From Balanoglossus misakiensis (lineage: Eukaryota; Animalia; Hemichordata), in assembly GCA_040954595.2 (NCBI GenBank), contig CM082577.2, forward strand, positions 12,495,654 to 12,559,653: a stretch of 64,000 nucleotides of DNA, given 5' to 3'. Below, in pieces: positions 1 to 12,745 of this stretch (positions are counted from its first letter, which is position 1; every line of letters begins with the position of its first letter). The notes under the pieces are model-generated. The model searched no databases and was not told the origin of the DNA. It saw only the letters and a list, made by a program, of their open reading frames with translations. The translations under genes and the position numbers were made by a program.

Positions 1-1
1 T

Positions 2-124
2 GCACAAGCCAGAATTCCAGGCCGTGGTTTTGCAGGTCAGTGTCACCGTTGTCAACAGCTGGGTCATCGTGCAGCTGAGTGTACAGCCCCAAGTCCTGTT
101 TCTACAATTCCGGGAAACTTCTAG
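2..124 (+). CDS. gag: Gypsy gag C-terminus with CCHC zinc knuckle (partial)
   Basis: Frame 2 reads AQARIPGRGFAGQCHRCQQLGHRAAECTAPSPVSTIPGNF*, containing Cx2Cx4Hx4C. Confidence 0.85.
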   Translation, partial: AQARIPGRGFAGQCHRCQQLGHRAAECTAPSPVSTIPGNF

Positions 125-156
125 TGGCTGGGGGAGAGGGTCAGTCTTCCCCAGCT
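112..156 (+). promoter_or_regulatory. -1 programmed ribosomal frameshift signal (gag-pol)
   Basis: Slippery heptamer G GGA AAC (112-118) in the gag frame, 7-nt spacer, 12-bp stem 126-137/145-156. pol lies in the -1 frame. Confidence 0.8.
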
Positions 157-3100
157 CATCCTGAAATGACCAAACCCATCGTATCTGTTGCTGGACTTGC
201 ACAACCACTGCCAAATGGGATTGAAATACAAGGACAGATCGGGGGAAAGAAATGTACCTGGTTACTTGATACAGGGGCACAAATCAGTGTAGTTGTCGAT
301 TCCTTGGTCAAAGGAGCAAATGGAACATTTGCACCAGCACTCTATGCACCACAGGGAGCCAATGGGTCAGACCTAGGGACAGTATGTGACATCATCACTG
401 ATTGTGAAATTGGTAACCATGCAGTAAAGCAACATAGATTCACTGTTGTCAGGCAGTCAACTTACCCAGCAATAATTGGGATGGACCTCTTCCCATCACT
501 ACCAGTGCATCTTTCAATAGGAAAAGATGTTTACTATGACTCTACACAGTCTACAAATAGAAATTTCACAAGAGGTGTTGCCCAAGCTCCATATCATGAA
601 CAACGTTCTGCCCGTCCCATGGTATGTCGTATTCATGCAGCAAATACAGTCAATATTGAACCAAGAAGTATGTGTGTAGTTCAAGGTAAACTGGTGGATG
701 ATATAAAGCGTGGAACTCAAGGAATTGTAGAGTCAGCAGGAGAAGAAGGATCAGAACGCATGGGAGTCGGATGTGGCCAAGTTCTTGATGCGGTGCGAGA
801 CAATGGAACAGTATTGATGCAAATGACGAATCCTTCAAATTCGACTTGCAAAATTGCTGCTGGCTCTATCATAGGCATGTTTACTGCAGGTGCAGAAGAT
901 GTGCAGACAAAACAGATTGCAACAATGACCAAACAGATGGGCAAGGATGACTTTACCCAGAAGCGCAGAGAAACGGCAAGAGATGAAATGTCCCGTGCTT
1001 TTGCGAATGAGTCTGATGTGGCCCCGAACGAGAAACATCGATTGTATAAGGTGATACATTCGTATGCTGACATATTTTCATTAGATGGGGAAATGGGTCT
1101 CACAGACTGCATTGAACATTATATACCAACAGGTTCAGCAGCACCTGTTTCACAACAACCACGACGGATACCGTTCCACCGAATGGCAGAAGTGGAGCAG
1201 TTCGTGAATGACAGTCTACAGGATGGGGTGATCAGACCAAGCAGTAGTCCGTGGTCAAGCCCCCTGGTGCTAGTAAAGAAAGCAGACGGAAATACAAGAT
1301 TTTGTGTTGACTTTCGCCGACTTAATGACTTAACAGTTGGGGATTCATTTCCAATCCCGAGAGTGGACGACAGCCTAGCAGCCCTATCAGGAAGTCGTAT
1401 CTATACAACCATCGACCTTTCGCGGGGATTTTGGCAGGTACCAGTGAATGAGGCAGACTGACCGAAAACTGCGTTTACCTGTCACAAAGGCCTCTTTGAA
1501 TTTAACACTATGCCATTTGGTCTTAAGGGAGCGCCAGCGACGTTCCAGAGACTAATGACATCACTTCTCAGTGACCTCAACTGGGAATTTGTACTCATCT
1601 ATTTAGATGATATTCTGGTCTATTCTCGCAGCTTTGATGAACACCTCGAACACCTCAAGATTGTGTTCGAGAAACTCCGTGCTGCTGGTTTGAAATTGAA
1701 CATTAAGAAGTGTAAATTTGCTCGCAGACAAGTCAAATATTTGGGGTATAGGATCACAGAAGCAGGTGCCCACCCAGATCCAGACAAAGTAAGTGCAATT
1801 GTTGACTACCCTCGGCCAGCAACAGTACCCGAGCTTCGGCGTTTCATAGGTATGGCATCCTATTATCGGAGATTTATTGAGAAGTTTTCAAGCATTGCAC
1901 ATCCTTTGAATGAGCTCACCCAAAAGAATACAACTTTTCAATGGAATGATGCTTGCCAACATGCTTTTGAGACACTCAAGACAAAGCTTGCTACAGCCCC
2001 AGTGCTAGCACATCCATATTTTCAAGAGGAATTTACTGTTGAAACAGATGCCAGTGACATTGGTATTGGGGCAGTTCTTGCTCAAAATGGACATGTCATT
2101 GAATATGCTTCCAGATCACTCAATCAAGCTGAGAAAAATTACTCCGCCACTGAGAAGGAATGCCTCGCGATCGTCTGGGCACTGGACAAATTTGGAATGT
2201 ACTTGCAGGGACGGCGTTTCACAGTGATCACAGACCACAAGCCACTTACCTACTTGCTACAACTCAGAGAACCTAGAGGTAAATTAGCACGGTGGCGTAT
2301 TGCACTAGAGAACTTTGATTTCACAATATCACATCGCCCCGGCGCAAAAATGGTCGTGGCAGACGCTCTTTCCCGATCTCCACAAGTAAATGCAGTCACA
2401 CTTACAGGTTTGTGGTCTGTTCAGGAGCTAGCCAGTCTGCAACAATGTGATCAGGACATTCAGATTATGCGCACATGGGTGACAACACACCGCAAACCCC
2501 CTAACATACCGGGACATGTCAACAGTTTCCTGAAGACAAAGGGAGGCTGTCTACGCATACAGGATGGACTTCTTGTACTCACAAGTGAATTAGACGGTAG
2601 AATAGTTCAGCAAACTGTGATTCCTCGCAAGGAAGCTGAACGCGTCCTGTGTGCACTTCATGATGATCAGGGACACTTTGGGCCGGAGAAGACACGAGCT
2701 GCTATCAGGTCACGATATTTCTGGTTTAATTGGCAAAAAGATGTTCGATCATGGTGCCGCTCCTGCGAAGTTTGCTTGAAACGGATAACCCCAACTGTGC
2801 CAGACCACCCACCGATTGGTGAGTTGCCAGTACCACAGGAGCCATTGAAGTGGTGGCACATGGACTTTGCCGGCCCTTTGCCAAAGACTGCCAGGGGAAA
2901 TCGTTACATTTTCTCTCTGACAGATCCTTTGAGCAAATGGGTTGAAGCCTTTGCGGTGCCAGATGAAACAGCCTTGACCACAGCAGAAATTGTGTATGAT
3001 GAAATAGTGTGTCGCTTTGGGGTTCCAGAAGGACTACATTCCGATCAAGGTCGAAACTTTGAGGCCCACATCATGCAGGAATTGTCACATCGCCTGGGTA

Positions 3101-3591
3101 TCAAACGCTCGCGTACTTCGCCGTTTAACCCGTGTTGTAACGGACAGATTGAACGAATGAATAAAACAATGGCTGAACGTCTAGCAATGTTAATTGATGC
3201 AGAAGACCAAACCGACTGGGATGAAAAGCTCCCCACAGCCCTGTTTGCTATCCGTTCCATGCAGAATGCCACAACAAAGGAATCTCCCTTCAAAGTTTTA
3301 TTCGGCTGTGAACCTCGCAACAAAGTTGACTTTCTCTCGACTATGCCCCCAACCAGCAGGGGAGGGAGAGGTGTAGAGCAGTTCGCAAAGAGACTCGACA
3401 ATCTCCAAAGAGTCCATGAATCGGTCAGAAGCAAGATACTGACAGAGCATGAGATGCGTCAACAAAGACAACATGCAAAGACTCGGTTTTCTCCGTTCTC
3501 AGAGGGAGACAAGGTTTGGGTCTATTATCCTCGACGACAAAGGGGTGCTTCCAAGAAACTGACGTCAGAACGATGGAGAGGCCCATATCTT
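112..3591 (+). pseudogene. pol: Gypsy pol (protease-RT-RNase H-integrase), 5' part
   Basis: ORFs 79-1461 and 1510-3663 share a frame, separated by one TGA at 1459 (EAD*PKTAF). Motifs WSSP, DFRRLN, YLDD, TDAS, HHCC, DFAGP, SDQG. Confidence 0.92.
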
Positions 3592-3939
3592 TATCATAAA
3601 GTTTGGGAAAAGGAAATATCTTTGATGATTTACATGTTGTTTTCTCGTGTTTGTAGTGCTTGAGCTTGATGCAAAAACCGGATTTGGTTGAGCTTTAATT
3701 TATGCATTACCGGTGAAACTGACGTCAAATGTAGCAAAATCCTACAGTTTGAGCCAATTGGTGCTCATGGGTTTCCCGCGTCCGGTGGACTATTTTTGGA
3801 GCTGACATTCTGGAAATTTCGAGTTCAGTGTTGTTTTGGAAAACTGTGAGTCGCACGCATCGCAGTACTGTTCTGTACCAGTTCGTGTTTTCACGGAAGT
3901 CCGATATAAAGAGCTTTGCTCAATAAATTCACCCCCACA
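3592..3939 (+). repeat. BEL/Pao 5' LTR
   Basis: Direct repeat of 8558-8905 with three differences seen by eye. TA...CA ends, AATAAA near the 3' end. Confidence 0.95.
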
Positions 3940-3976
3940 TTATTTTGGTGCAGAGACCAGGATATCGGATTCCGTG

Positions 3977-6900
3977 ATGTCTATCAACGCCGAACAACCA
4001 GCGGTTCAAAACCCTCTTCCCGATCTCAAGAAACGAAGAACAGTGTGCCGATCGCAACTTACGAAGGCTTTCAACAAAGCAGAAGGAGAAATCGCGCAAT
4101 ACAACGATTCAAACGATGAGGCCGACAAGTCACAAGTCTACGCTACAATCAAAGCAACCTACGCTCTCGTCATGACGAGATATTCGCGACTCGCAGCCAT
4201 CGACGAACAGATTTTCAACAACACTCCAGATCCCGAAACCGATAGAGATGTCGAAGAAACTGGCGACTACGAAGTTACAATTTCAGAGAGAAAAGAACTC
4301 ATCGGACAGTTTATCGAAACTCATCAACATGATTTCACTACAATTCGAAACGCAGCTGTTTCTACGGCCGAATCTACGCGGCCAGTCGTCGCCCAACGAA
4401 AAACGGTTCAATTACCCAAACTCGAGCTCCAAACTTTCGCAGGGAACACAGGGTAAGCTTCATGGATACATTCAATGCATCTGTTCATCAGGACAGTTCA
4501 CTTTCTAACGTTCAAAAGTTCACGTACCTACGAAGTCTCGTAACGGACGAGGCAGCACGCTCCATTGAAGGACTCGAACTTACCGAGGCAAATTATGCCA
4601 ACGCTATAGCAATTTTGAAGGAAAGATACGGTCAAACGCAAACGATCATCAGCGCTCACATGAAAGCTCTGTGGGAACTGCCCACCCCGACTGCTGATGT
4701 AACAAGTCTACGTCAATTCTACGATACACTCGAATCCCACGTACGCGGTCTAGACGCTCTGGGAGAGAAAGAAACTTCATATGGTAAACTACTGATACCC
4801 ATGATACTGGAAAAACTACCCACAGAGGTACAACAAATACTGGCTCGTTCTCGCGGAGAAGTTCCCTGGGACTTGCCCGATCTCCGCAAAGCCGTCCTAT
4901 GTGAAATAAGGGCCAGATCTGTTGGCAACGACAGTGATGTCCATCACCACCCGGCAACCATCGCCACCTTTCATTCCAATTCTACGACTCGAGGGCAGAG
5001 ATTTTCTCGGTCACCAAATCAGCAACGTCCCTGCGTCTACTGCAAGGGAACTCATTCACCAAACGATTGCACAGTTGTATCTGATGCTAAGTCACGTATG
5101 GAGATTGTACGCCGAGACAAACTTTGCTATAACTGTCTGGGAACATGTAGTCGGAAAATGCATTTCCAAATACTCGTGCAGACACTGTCAACGCAAACAT
5201 CATACTTCGCTACATCAAACTGACTTTGTTCGCAACAATAAAGCCGGAAGCCAAACCAAGTCCCGCAGTGAAAACGGCCGTCAAACTGAACGAAACAAGG
5301 GACACAAAGTGAACAATTCCGCACATGACAGCGAACAACGTTCATCAACGTCTGAGAATACACAGGTACACTTCTCATCCGGGAGTAGTGCACTGACCGG
5401 TCCGGTACTACTGAAAACTGCTAAAATCCCAGTCTCCACAAACAACGGAACTGTCGTCGCCGCTACAGTACTTTTCGATGAAGGGGCGAACCGTACATTC
5501 GTAACAGAAAGTTTCGCTGATCGCGTTCGCGCCAATATTTCACGCTCAGAATCGCTCAATCTCGCCGCCTTCGGAAATAAACACACACGCATGCGTTCCA
5601 TGAAGAAAGGGACTTTCGACCTCCAATAAACTAAATCCGTCACCGCGTGTAAATACTCTCGGAATGCAATGGAACACAGAAAATGATACGCTCACGTACA
5701 AAGATATCGCTGATAAATCCCCAAACGTGCTACCCACTAAACGTGACGTGGTCAGTCATACAGCGTCACTGTATGACCCGCTGGGTCTACTTTCACCCGT
5801 GCATGTCAAAGCAAAACTACTCATCCAAGAAATATGGAAAGCCGATGTACATTGGGATGAGCCCCTCGAGGAAACCATATCAAACGCATGGTGTACAATC
5901 GCTGATAATTTGAATCAAAGCGCCAATATTACATTGAACCGGCAATATTTTCCTGAGACTGCCAAGCCAGTCAATACCGACTGCGAACTACACGTTTTCG
6001 CTGACGCTTCAATGAAAGCATACGGTGCTGTTGTTTACCTAAAGAAAGATAACGAAACCGCACTTGTCATGGCCAAAAACCGCGTGGCTCCAATCAACAA
6101 CAAGACACTGACTTTGCCCAGATTGGAACTGATGGCCGCTGTTATCGCCACTCGACTGAGTAAATTCGTGTGCGACGCGCTGTCTTCAAAATACAACTTC
6201 ACAAAACGCATTCTTTGGTCAGATTCGCAGATCGTACTACATTGGATAAATAGCGATAAAAAGCTGCCTATCTTCACAGCAAACAGAGTGAAGGAAATAA
6301 AAGATTTCCCACACGACTACAAATACTGTCCAACCGTCTACAATCCCGCTGATCTTCTTACACGCGGAATTTCTGCTGAAGAGCTGAACAAGTCTGAACT
6401 CTGGTGGAAAGGACCAGAGTGGTTGCCAACGAAAGATAGTTGGCCTATCTGCCATCTGTTTGACTCCCCATTGTTCGAGGAACAAACTGATACAACCGCG
6501 AACTTTGGTGAGGTCACGACTGAGGAAAACGACACTTCAGTCCACCACATAGCTAGTCTACCCTCCGAAGGGGTACGTTCTGTATTGCCTGCTGTCAATG
6601 ATGACTACGCCGTTCATCGCGACTTGCCGCACAATGAACCGTACACATGCGAGTCTCCACAATAAATTCGCCGTCAGAAATTGTCGCACCGAACGAGATT
6701 CCCGTTGGAATTCAACATGCTATTGACGCATCAAACTACAGTTCTCTAAACAAACTCCTTCGAGTTACTGCATATGTTCGCCGCTTTGTGTCTATACTGA
6801 AACACAGAAGCGATGTACCGCGTGGACCGATCACAGCTGACGAGATCAATGAGTCAGAAATCATATGGATCAAAGAAATCCAGAGCGACACATACCGCGA

Positions 6901-8370
6901 TACCATAAATTCGCTACGTGGTCAAAACAAGAAATACGGTCCGTTAGTAAGACAGCTGATGACGAAATTCTACGCTGCGGGGGACGCATACATAACGCAC
7001 CAGTAAATTTCGCCACCAAGTTCCCCATCCTACTGCCCAATGGTCATCATTTTACCGATCTGATTATTCGACATGATCACATCCGACTCAAACACGGTGG
7101 AACTCAATCCGTGATCACGTCACTACGACAACGCTACTGGATACCGCAGATTCGACGCGCAGTGAAGTCTATCGCGCGCACATGTGTAATTTGTCGACGG
7201 GTTGATGGCAAACCGTATCAAAAGCCATTAACTGCACCATTACCGGACTATCGTGTAAACATGGTGCCACCGTTCACGGTAACGGGAGTTGATTTCACAG
7301 GAGCTTTATTCGTCAAAACAACAGACAAGAAAGAAATGAAATGTTACGTGTGCTTGTTTACATGCGCAGTAACACGTGCAGTCCATCTTGAACTTGTGCC
7401 AGACCTGAGCACTCACTCCTTTATGATGGCATTTCGACGTTTCGCAGCACGGCGATCTCTACCTACGAAAATGTTATCGGACAATGCTTCAACATATCTT
7501 TCTGCTGCTGACGAACTCCGTGATTTACTCGAGTCAGCTGAAGTCAGGAAAGAACTTTCTGAACATCGCGTCACTTGGACCTTCATACCAAAACGCGCAC
7601 CCTGGTATGGTGGGTTTTGGGAACGTTTAATTGGCCTGACGAAGACCGCGATCAAAAAAGTACTAGGTCGCTCGTTTATCACGTTCGAAGAACTACGCAC
7701 ACTTCTCGCGCAGATTGAAGCGACACTCAATGATCGACCTTTGACCTATGTGTCTACAACTGAGGATGACCCGGTTGCCTTGACTCCGTCACATCTACTG
7801 AACGGTCGACCATTAACGCCTCTACCGAACTTACCTGTGGACCTTGATGAATATAATGATCCATCATATGGAAACCACAACGCACTCAATGAGCGACACC
7901 GTCATTTGTGTCATCTTCTGTCTGATTTCTGGAGGAGATGGTCTACCGAATACCTCACCGCCCTCAGAGAGCGACATCAACTGACTGCCACTGGTACTAA
8001 AACCAATTCTATTCAGTTTGGTGACATAGTACTTGTACACAGTGATGTGGACAAACGAATGAAATGGAGAATGGCCAAAGTTCTCAAACTTTATTACGGG
8101 AACGATGGTCTGGTATGATCTGCAGAAATCAAGACATCATCGGGTAAAACCAATCGACCAATCCAGAAACTTTACCCGCTGGAGGTGCAGTCACCCAACT
8201 GTGTGGAAACTACGGACGATCGTCCTGAACACGACGTTCCTGCGTTCACTCAAGGAGGAGTGGATCGCGAAGACACAATGCAACCAGACGACCATCGAAG
8301 TGTTCGTCCAAAACGGAAAACAGCCATCGCTGCCCGACAACTGATCCAGAATTGTATCAAGGACTTATGA
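3977..8370 (+). pseudogene. BEL/Pao gag-pol, frameshifted, RT core missing
   Basis: Gag LPKLEL and KFTYLRS motifs, three zinc knuckles, protease LFDEGA, RNase H-like HVFADAS and LPRLEL, integrase GVDFTG/SDNA/WERL. No YVDD region between 5629 and 5650. Confidence 0.9.
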
Positions 8371-8557
8371 ACAATCTGGACGATTCTATGACATTGAACA
8401 TTAGTGTCAGAACTTTTCGCACATTTTTTGCTGTGTTTGTTTCAGTGTTAGATTTCGACAACTTTTCCCATCTATATTCATTCGACGATTTCGTACATTG
8501 ACTCTTGCCTTTTAAAATGACTTTCAGTCGGATTTTCACTTTGGGCCCGCCGGAGAA

Positions 8558-8905
8558 TATCGTAAAGTTTGGGAAAAGGAAATATCTTTGATGATTTACA
8601 TGTTGTTTTCTCGTGTTTGTAGTGCTTGAGCTTGATGCAAAAACCAGATTTGGTTGAGCTTTAATTTATGCATTACCGGTGAAACTGACGTCAAATGTAG
8701 CAAAATCCTACGGTTTGAGCCAATTGGTGCTCATGGGTTTCCCGCGTCCGGTGGACTATTTTTGGAGCTGACATTCTGGAAATTTCGAGTTCAGTGTTGT
8801 TTTGGAAAACTGTGAGTCGCACGCATCGCAGTACTGTTCTGTACCAGTTCGTGTTTTCACGGAAGTCCGATATAAAGAGCTTTGCTCAATAAATTCACCC
8901 CCACA
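8558..8905 (+). repeat. BEL/Pao 3' LTR
   Basis: Direct repeat of 3592-3939, followed by TSD ATCTT. Confidence 0.95.
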
Positions 8906-8910
8906 ATCTT

Positions 8911-9300
8911 ATCAGTGAGAGGATTGGCGAGACCACTTACAAATTTCAGCCAGTGGGCGGTCACCGTCATAGAGGGAGCAAGATTGTAAACCACAGACGT
9001 CTGAAGAGACATTGGGAAAGGCCAGCACATCTTTCGGTGTGCTATACTGACAGTCAGTCTGATGAAGAAGTCCAAAACGAGTCCGAGGAAGTTCAAAACT
9101 TGAATGCCGAACTCATGAATAACTTGAGTCCTGTGGATTCAGAGGATGACACCAGTATCCATGACCCTGTCACTGAGGAAAATAATACAGGATTTAATCA
9201 GGAAATTGTGCGTCGATCACAGCGGACACGAGTTCAGCCACATTGGCATGATGACTATGACATGAGCAATGACTGTGACTCATCAGGAAGCGAGGAATAA
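8911..9300 (+). pseudogene. pol: Gypsy pol 3' remainder (integrase GPY/F region and acidic tail)
   Basis: Removing the BEL element and one TSD gives WRGPYL-ISERIGETTYKF...VNHRRLK in one continuous frame. Confidence 0.88.
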
Positions 9301-9504
9301 CGGACTGCCACTCAAAATGTTGAGCTGTATTGTATTTACTGTATTTTGGCATTGATTGGTGTTAACGTTCTTTATAGTGCATGAAGTTGCATATTTTATT
9401 GTTCTTCGTTTTGAAGGTTCTTACAAACTTCGGGATTTGCTGTTTCTGCAGGTTGTGGCAATGACATTTTGTCGGGTGACATTTGGGGTTCTGGAGGGGA
9501 GGAG

Positions 9505-9730
9505 TGATAGAGTGTGGGACTGGGCCTCGACATGTGTTTGACTCTCGCTTGGGATTCTCCCTGTATTGAGGGTTGAGGGCGCCAGACAGGGGTCGGGGGT
9601 CAACAGTAGATCTGGGGTTCCACGAGGCAAGGGTTTCTTGTGTGTATGTACGTGAGGCAGCGAGATAAACAATACAACCTCTTGTTCGTGAGACGTCGTC
9701 CCCGTGTGCTTATATTAATCAACATTAACA
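9505..9730 (+). repeat. Gypsy 3' LTR (probable)
   Basis: Starts TG directly after the polypurine tract GGAGGGGAGGAG and ends TTAACA. The partner LTR is not in the window. Confidence 0.65.
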
Positions 9731-9824
9731 CGTTTCTGTGTATGTATGTGTGTATGTATATAGAGAGTGTAAAATGTAAAATATGCTCGACCGCAGTTCC
9801 TGTCTTCTGAATGATCTTTATTTA

Positions 9825-9867
9825 AAACCAACGTTTCGGCAGTACACAGACTGCCTTCTTCAGGGTA
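9825..9867 (-). ncRNA. Minimal type I hammerhead ribozyme (inverted copy)
   Basis: Reverse complement of 10622-10664. Confidence 0.78.
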
Positions 9868-10621
9868 TACTAATGGAAACAAATAAAACACGATAGGAAT
9901 CGGTTAAAATAGGTATGTGGTAAAAAGCAGTAAATATCAGAAAATTAACAAAATTGGCATTACAATAAAAGGCGTCTCTGTGTGACTGGAGGTTAAAAAA
10001 TGAATGGTAATGACAAAAGTTGTACATTTCATGGGAATAAAATCACTATATATGTGTACAGTGAAGAGAGAAACCAACCTTGATACGAAGTTGCAGCGTA
10101 TCGAGAAGTACAGTGATTTTTACCAACCTGGTCACAACCTCAGTCACTTTCATGCCAGTGGCCTCTGCAAAATGTTCAGCCCCAACACACAAACCCGAGG
10201 TCAAAAAGAACTCTTCTTCATTAATGAGTTTGGTACCCTATCGCCAAATGGTATCAACCGTAAGGAGGGATGATGCCTCCATACCATGTTCCCTCCATTA
10301 GATTCTCATCTCACCTGGGGGGTCTACATTTGATCTTTCTGCCCCATACTAGGGAGTCAGTTTCCAACACCATCACTGTACTTCTCGATACGCTGCAACT
10401 TCGTATCAAGGTTGGTTTCTCTCTTCACTCTACACATATATAGTGATTTTACTCCCATAAAATGTACAACTTTTGTCATTACCATTCATTTTTTAACCTC
10501 CAGTCACACAGAGACGCCTTTTATTGTAATGCCAATTTTGTTAATTTTCTGATATTTACTGCTTTTTACCACATACCTATTTTAACCGATTCCTATCGTG
10601 TTTTATTTGTTTCCATTAGTA

Positions 10622-10664
10622 TACCCTGAAGAAGGCAGTCTGTGTACTGCCGAAACGTTGGTTT
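10622..10664 (+). ncRNA. Minimal type I hammerhead ribozyme in pLTR
   Basis: CTGAAGA core, stem II GGCAGT/ACTGCC, GAAA, palindromic AACGTT, short helix I ACC/GGT. Confidence 0.8.
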
Positions 10665-10802
10665 TAAATAAAGATCATTCAGAAGACAGGAACTGCGGTC
10701 GAGCATATTTTACATTTTACACTCTGTTCTACGTCCGATATGCTCCCACCTTCCGCTGAAAACTTCGATAGTTGTAGTTGGACTGACTTTCCTACCTATC
10801 CT

Positions 10803-10870
10803 TATGTACGTATGTATGTATGTATGTATGTATGTATGTATGTACTGGTATGTACATATGTAGGTATATA
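10803..10870. repeat. (TATG)n microsatellite
   Basis: Tandem TATG units. A similar tract lies at about 9737-9762. Confidence 0.9.
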
Positions 10871-11184
10871 AGTATGTACATACATACGTAGGTTTGTGAA
10901 CATTGTCCATCATGAATATATCAACAATTTTCTTTTTCTCTGAAACTATTCATGTGATAGCTTTTAACTTTGGTAGTGGGGTTCCTATGGATGACCTAAG
11001 TCAGATTCTTAAAGTTGTTGTGAAATTGTGCACAGTTTTTGTTGGAGAAAGCAAATTATTACTATTTTGTGTGAAGGATAGTAGAAAAAACCTCCATTTT
11101 TTCAACCTGTGAAATTTGTATTAGTTTACTTCAGACAATAGCCGCTTCATGAATAAATGCAAAAAGTTCCACAGCGGGATTTAA

Positions 11185-11915
11185 GGTGGTATTGCATGAA
11201 AAATTGTGATTTTTACCATTTCCACTGTTTTCTTTTCTACATAAATCGGTGGGTCTAATACTGACCCACATTCTGACAAATGTGTCTTATCGGGAATGGT
11301 GCATAATCACCCAAAAATAACACTTTTCTGAATGAGTCCACAGCTGAAGAAATAGGTGTCAACAATGCATTATGTACGACCAATCCAACAATTCGACAAA
11401 AATTGCAGTTGATAAAAGTGTCCCTGGTGGGAATAAACTTTGATTCAATACAACTCATTGTGAATTTCATCACATTTTCTAAAAATCTAACTTGAAAACA
11501 AGTTTGCATTTTCGCTGCTTTTGACAACTTCAGAAGAATTTAGCTTCGCTCTGCGTTGGCCAAAATTGCTCAAATTTTAACATGGGATTGTGTATGACCC
11601 ATCTAACAATGCGATTTTTTTCGTCGATAAAGTGTCCCTGGCGGGAATAAATTCTGATTCAATACAACTCATCGTGAATGTGATCAAATTTTCTAAAAAT
11701 CTAACTTGAAAACGCTGTTACTCCTCAATGGAAGCAGATAACGCAAAACAAAATTTTGCACGTGTACTCTAGTTTCGAATGACATATTAAGATGCATGAT
11801 GCATGGTCAACTTTTTTACCTACCGTAGTTTGCCGGGTAAGAGCCCCTGCTCGGACAAACGCCCCCCCCTGGTTTTAGGGCCCATTTGTAGATCGAGGCC
11901 ATATCCGGTCTAAAG

Positions 11916-11949
<34 letters not shown>

Positions 11950-12656
11950 CCGAATATCCATTAAATTCTTGGAAATTTAATAAAGTGCAATGCAAAAAAG
12001 GCGGATTTTCATCCCCAAAGTCACTAAAAGTGAAAAAAAAAAATGTATGATGATTTACTTTCGCGCTGATTATCGTACCCACCGCGGCCGACTGGCCACG
12101 CTGAGTTATATATAGCCGCTCTAGAAAACATGACCTCAGACAGGTCCCTCGGGACCGTGCCTCGAATTCAACGATCACGTAGATGGACGCGCTGCCGCGT
12201 GTGAGGTCACCGGGGAGCTTTCCAAAGCGGCCGCGTGGAGCTGCTTCAGTCCGTCCTCGACGCGAAACACCCAACATTGGAAGATCCCGACTTGGACTCG
12301 GAGAATGAACCACTCAAAAATTTGCATAAAAGTCGAGGTGGCCATCCCTCATTTGCATAAATCTCGAGGCCATATCCGGGCTAAAGCCCCCCCCCTGTTT
12401 TTTCGCTAATCTGTTGGCCCAGCACCCGGGGCTCTTACCCGGCAAACTACGGTAATTTCAATTGAATGACATAATATCAAAAAATGTTTTTTTAACCAAA
12501 AAACGCCACCATTTCCGGGGGTCAATAAAATGTGCAACTCAAACAAAAGTTCAAAAACTCAGCTTCCAGAATATATATGGTTTATCAGGGTTTTAACGTT
12601 GTCTTTGATGAGAAATAGGCCTCTGAAAAAGTCTTGATGGTTTCATGCAATACCCC
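11185..12656. mobile_element. Non-autonomous Kolobok-type DNA transposon, copy 1 (with nested MITE)
   Basis: TTAA on both sides, TIR GGTGGTATTGCATGAAA / TTTCATGCAATACCCC (GG...CC ends). Homologous to 19715-20446 and 44161-44893. Confidence 0.85.
11823..12452. mobile_element. Tc1/mariner-superfamily (Tc2/pogo-like) MITE nested in Kolobok copy 1
   Basis: TA TSD, 25-bp perfect TIR CCGTAGTTTGCCGGGTAAGAGCCCC. The other two Kolobok copies lack it at this site. Confidence 0.88.
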
Positions 12657-12745
12657 TTAAAAGAAATTTATATTGACGTTATTCTTATTTTAAGGACTTG
12701 CATTACACATTTCTAACAATTTCAGTGTGTATTTTGCATTTCTAG

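Larger units (their letters stand above)
3592..8905 (+). mobile_element. BEL/Pao LTR retrotransposon, internally deleted, inserted in the Gypsy integrase
   Basis: 348-bp LTRs, 5-bp TSD ATCTT (3587-3591 / 8906-8910), tRNA-His-like PBS TGGTGCAGAGACCAGGAT (3946-3963), purine-rich tract before the 3' LTR. Confidence 0.95.
1..9730 (+). mobile_element. Ty3/Gypsy LTR retrotransposon (5' end outside window), interrupted by a BEL/Pao element
   Basis: Gag zinc knuckle, then PR (LLDTGA), RT (YLDD), RNase H and integrase in Gypsy order. Polypurine tract at about 9493-9504 followed by a TG...CA LTR. Confidence 0.93.
9764..10725 (+). mobile_element. 5'-truncated Penelope-like retroelement with inverted 354-bp pLTR arms
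   Basis: Arms 9764-10117 and 10372-10725 are near-perfect reverse complements. The spacer encodes a GIY-YIG-type C-terminus (FYQPGHNLSHF...KELFFINEFGTLSPNGIN). Confidence 0.85.

Noticed and set aside
1459-1461. Programmed stop-codon readthrough in pol
   Set aside because: The stop falls inside the RT domain at an expected Arg codon. CGA>TGA decay explains it.
11816-12313. 165-aa minus-strand ORF with poly-Gly
   Set aside because: Spurious ORF across a GC-rich MITE and poly-C run.
11185-12656. piggyBac assignment for the TTAA elements
   Set aside because: Termini are GG...CC, not the CC...GG of piggyBac. This fits Kolobok better.
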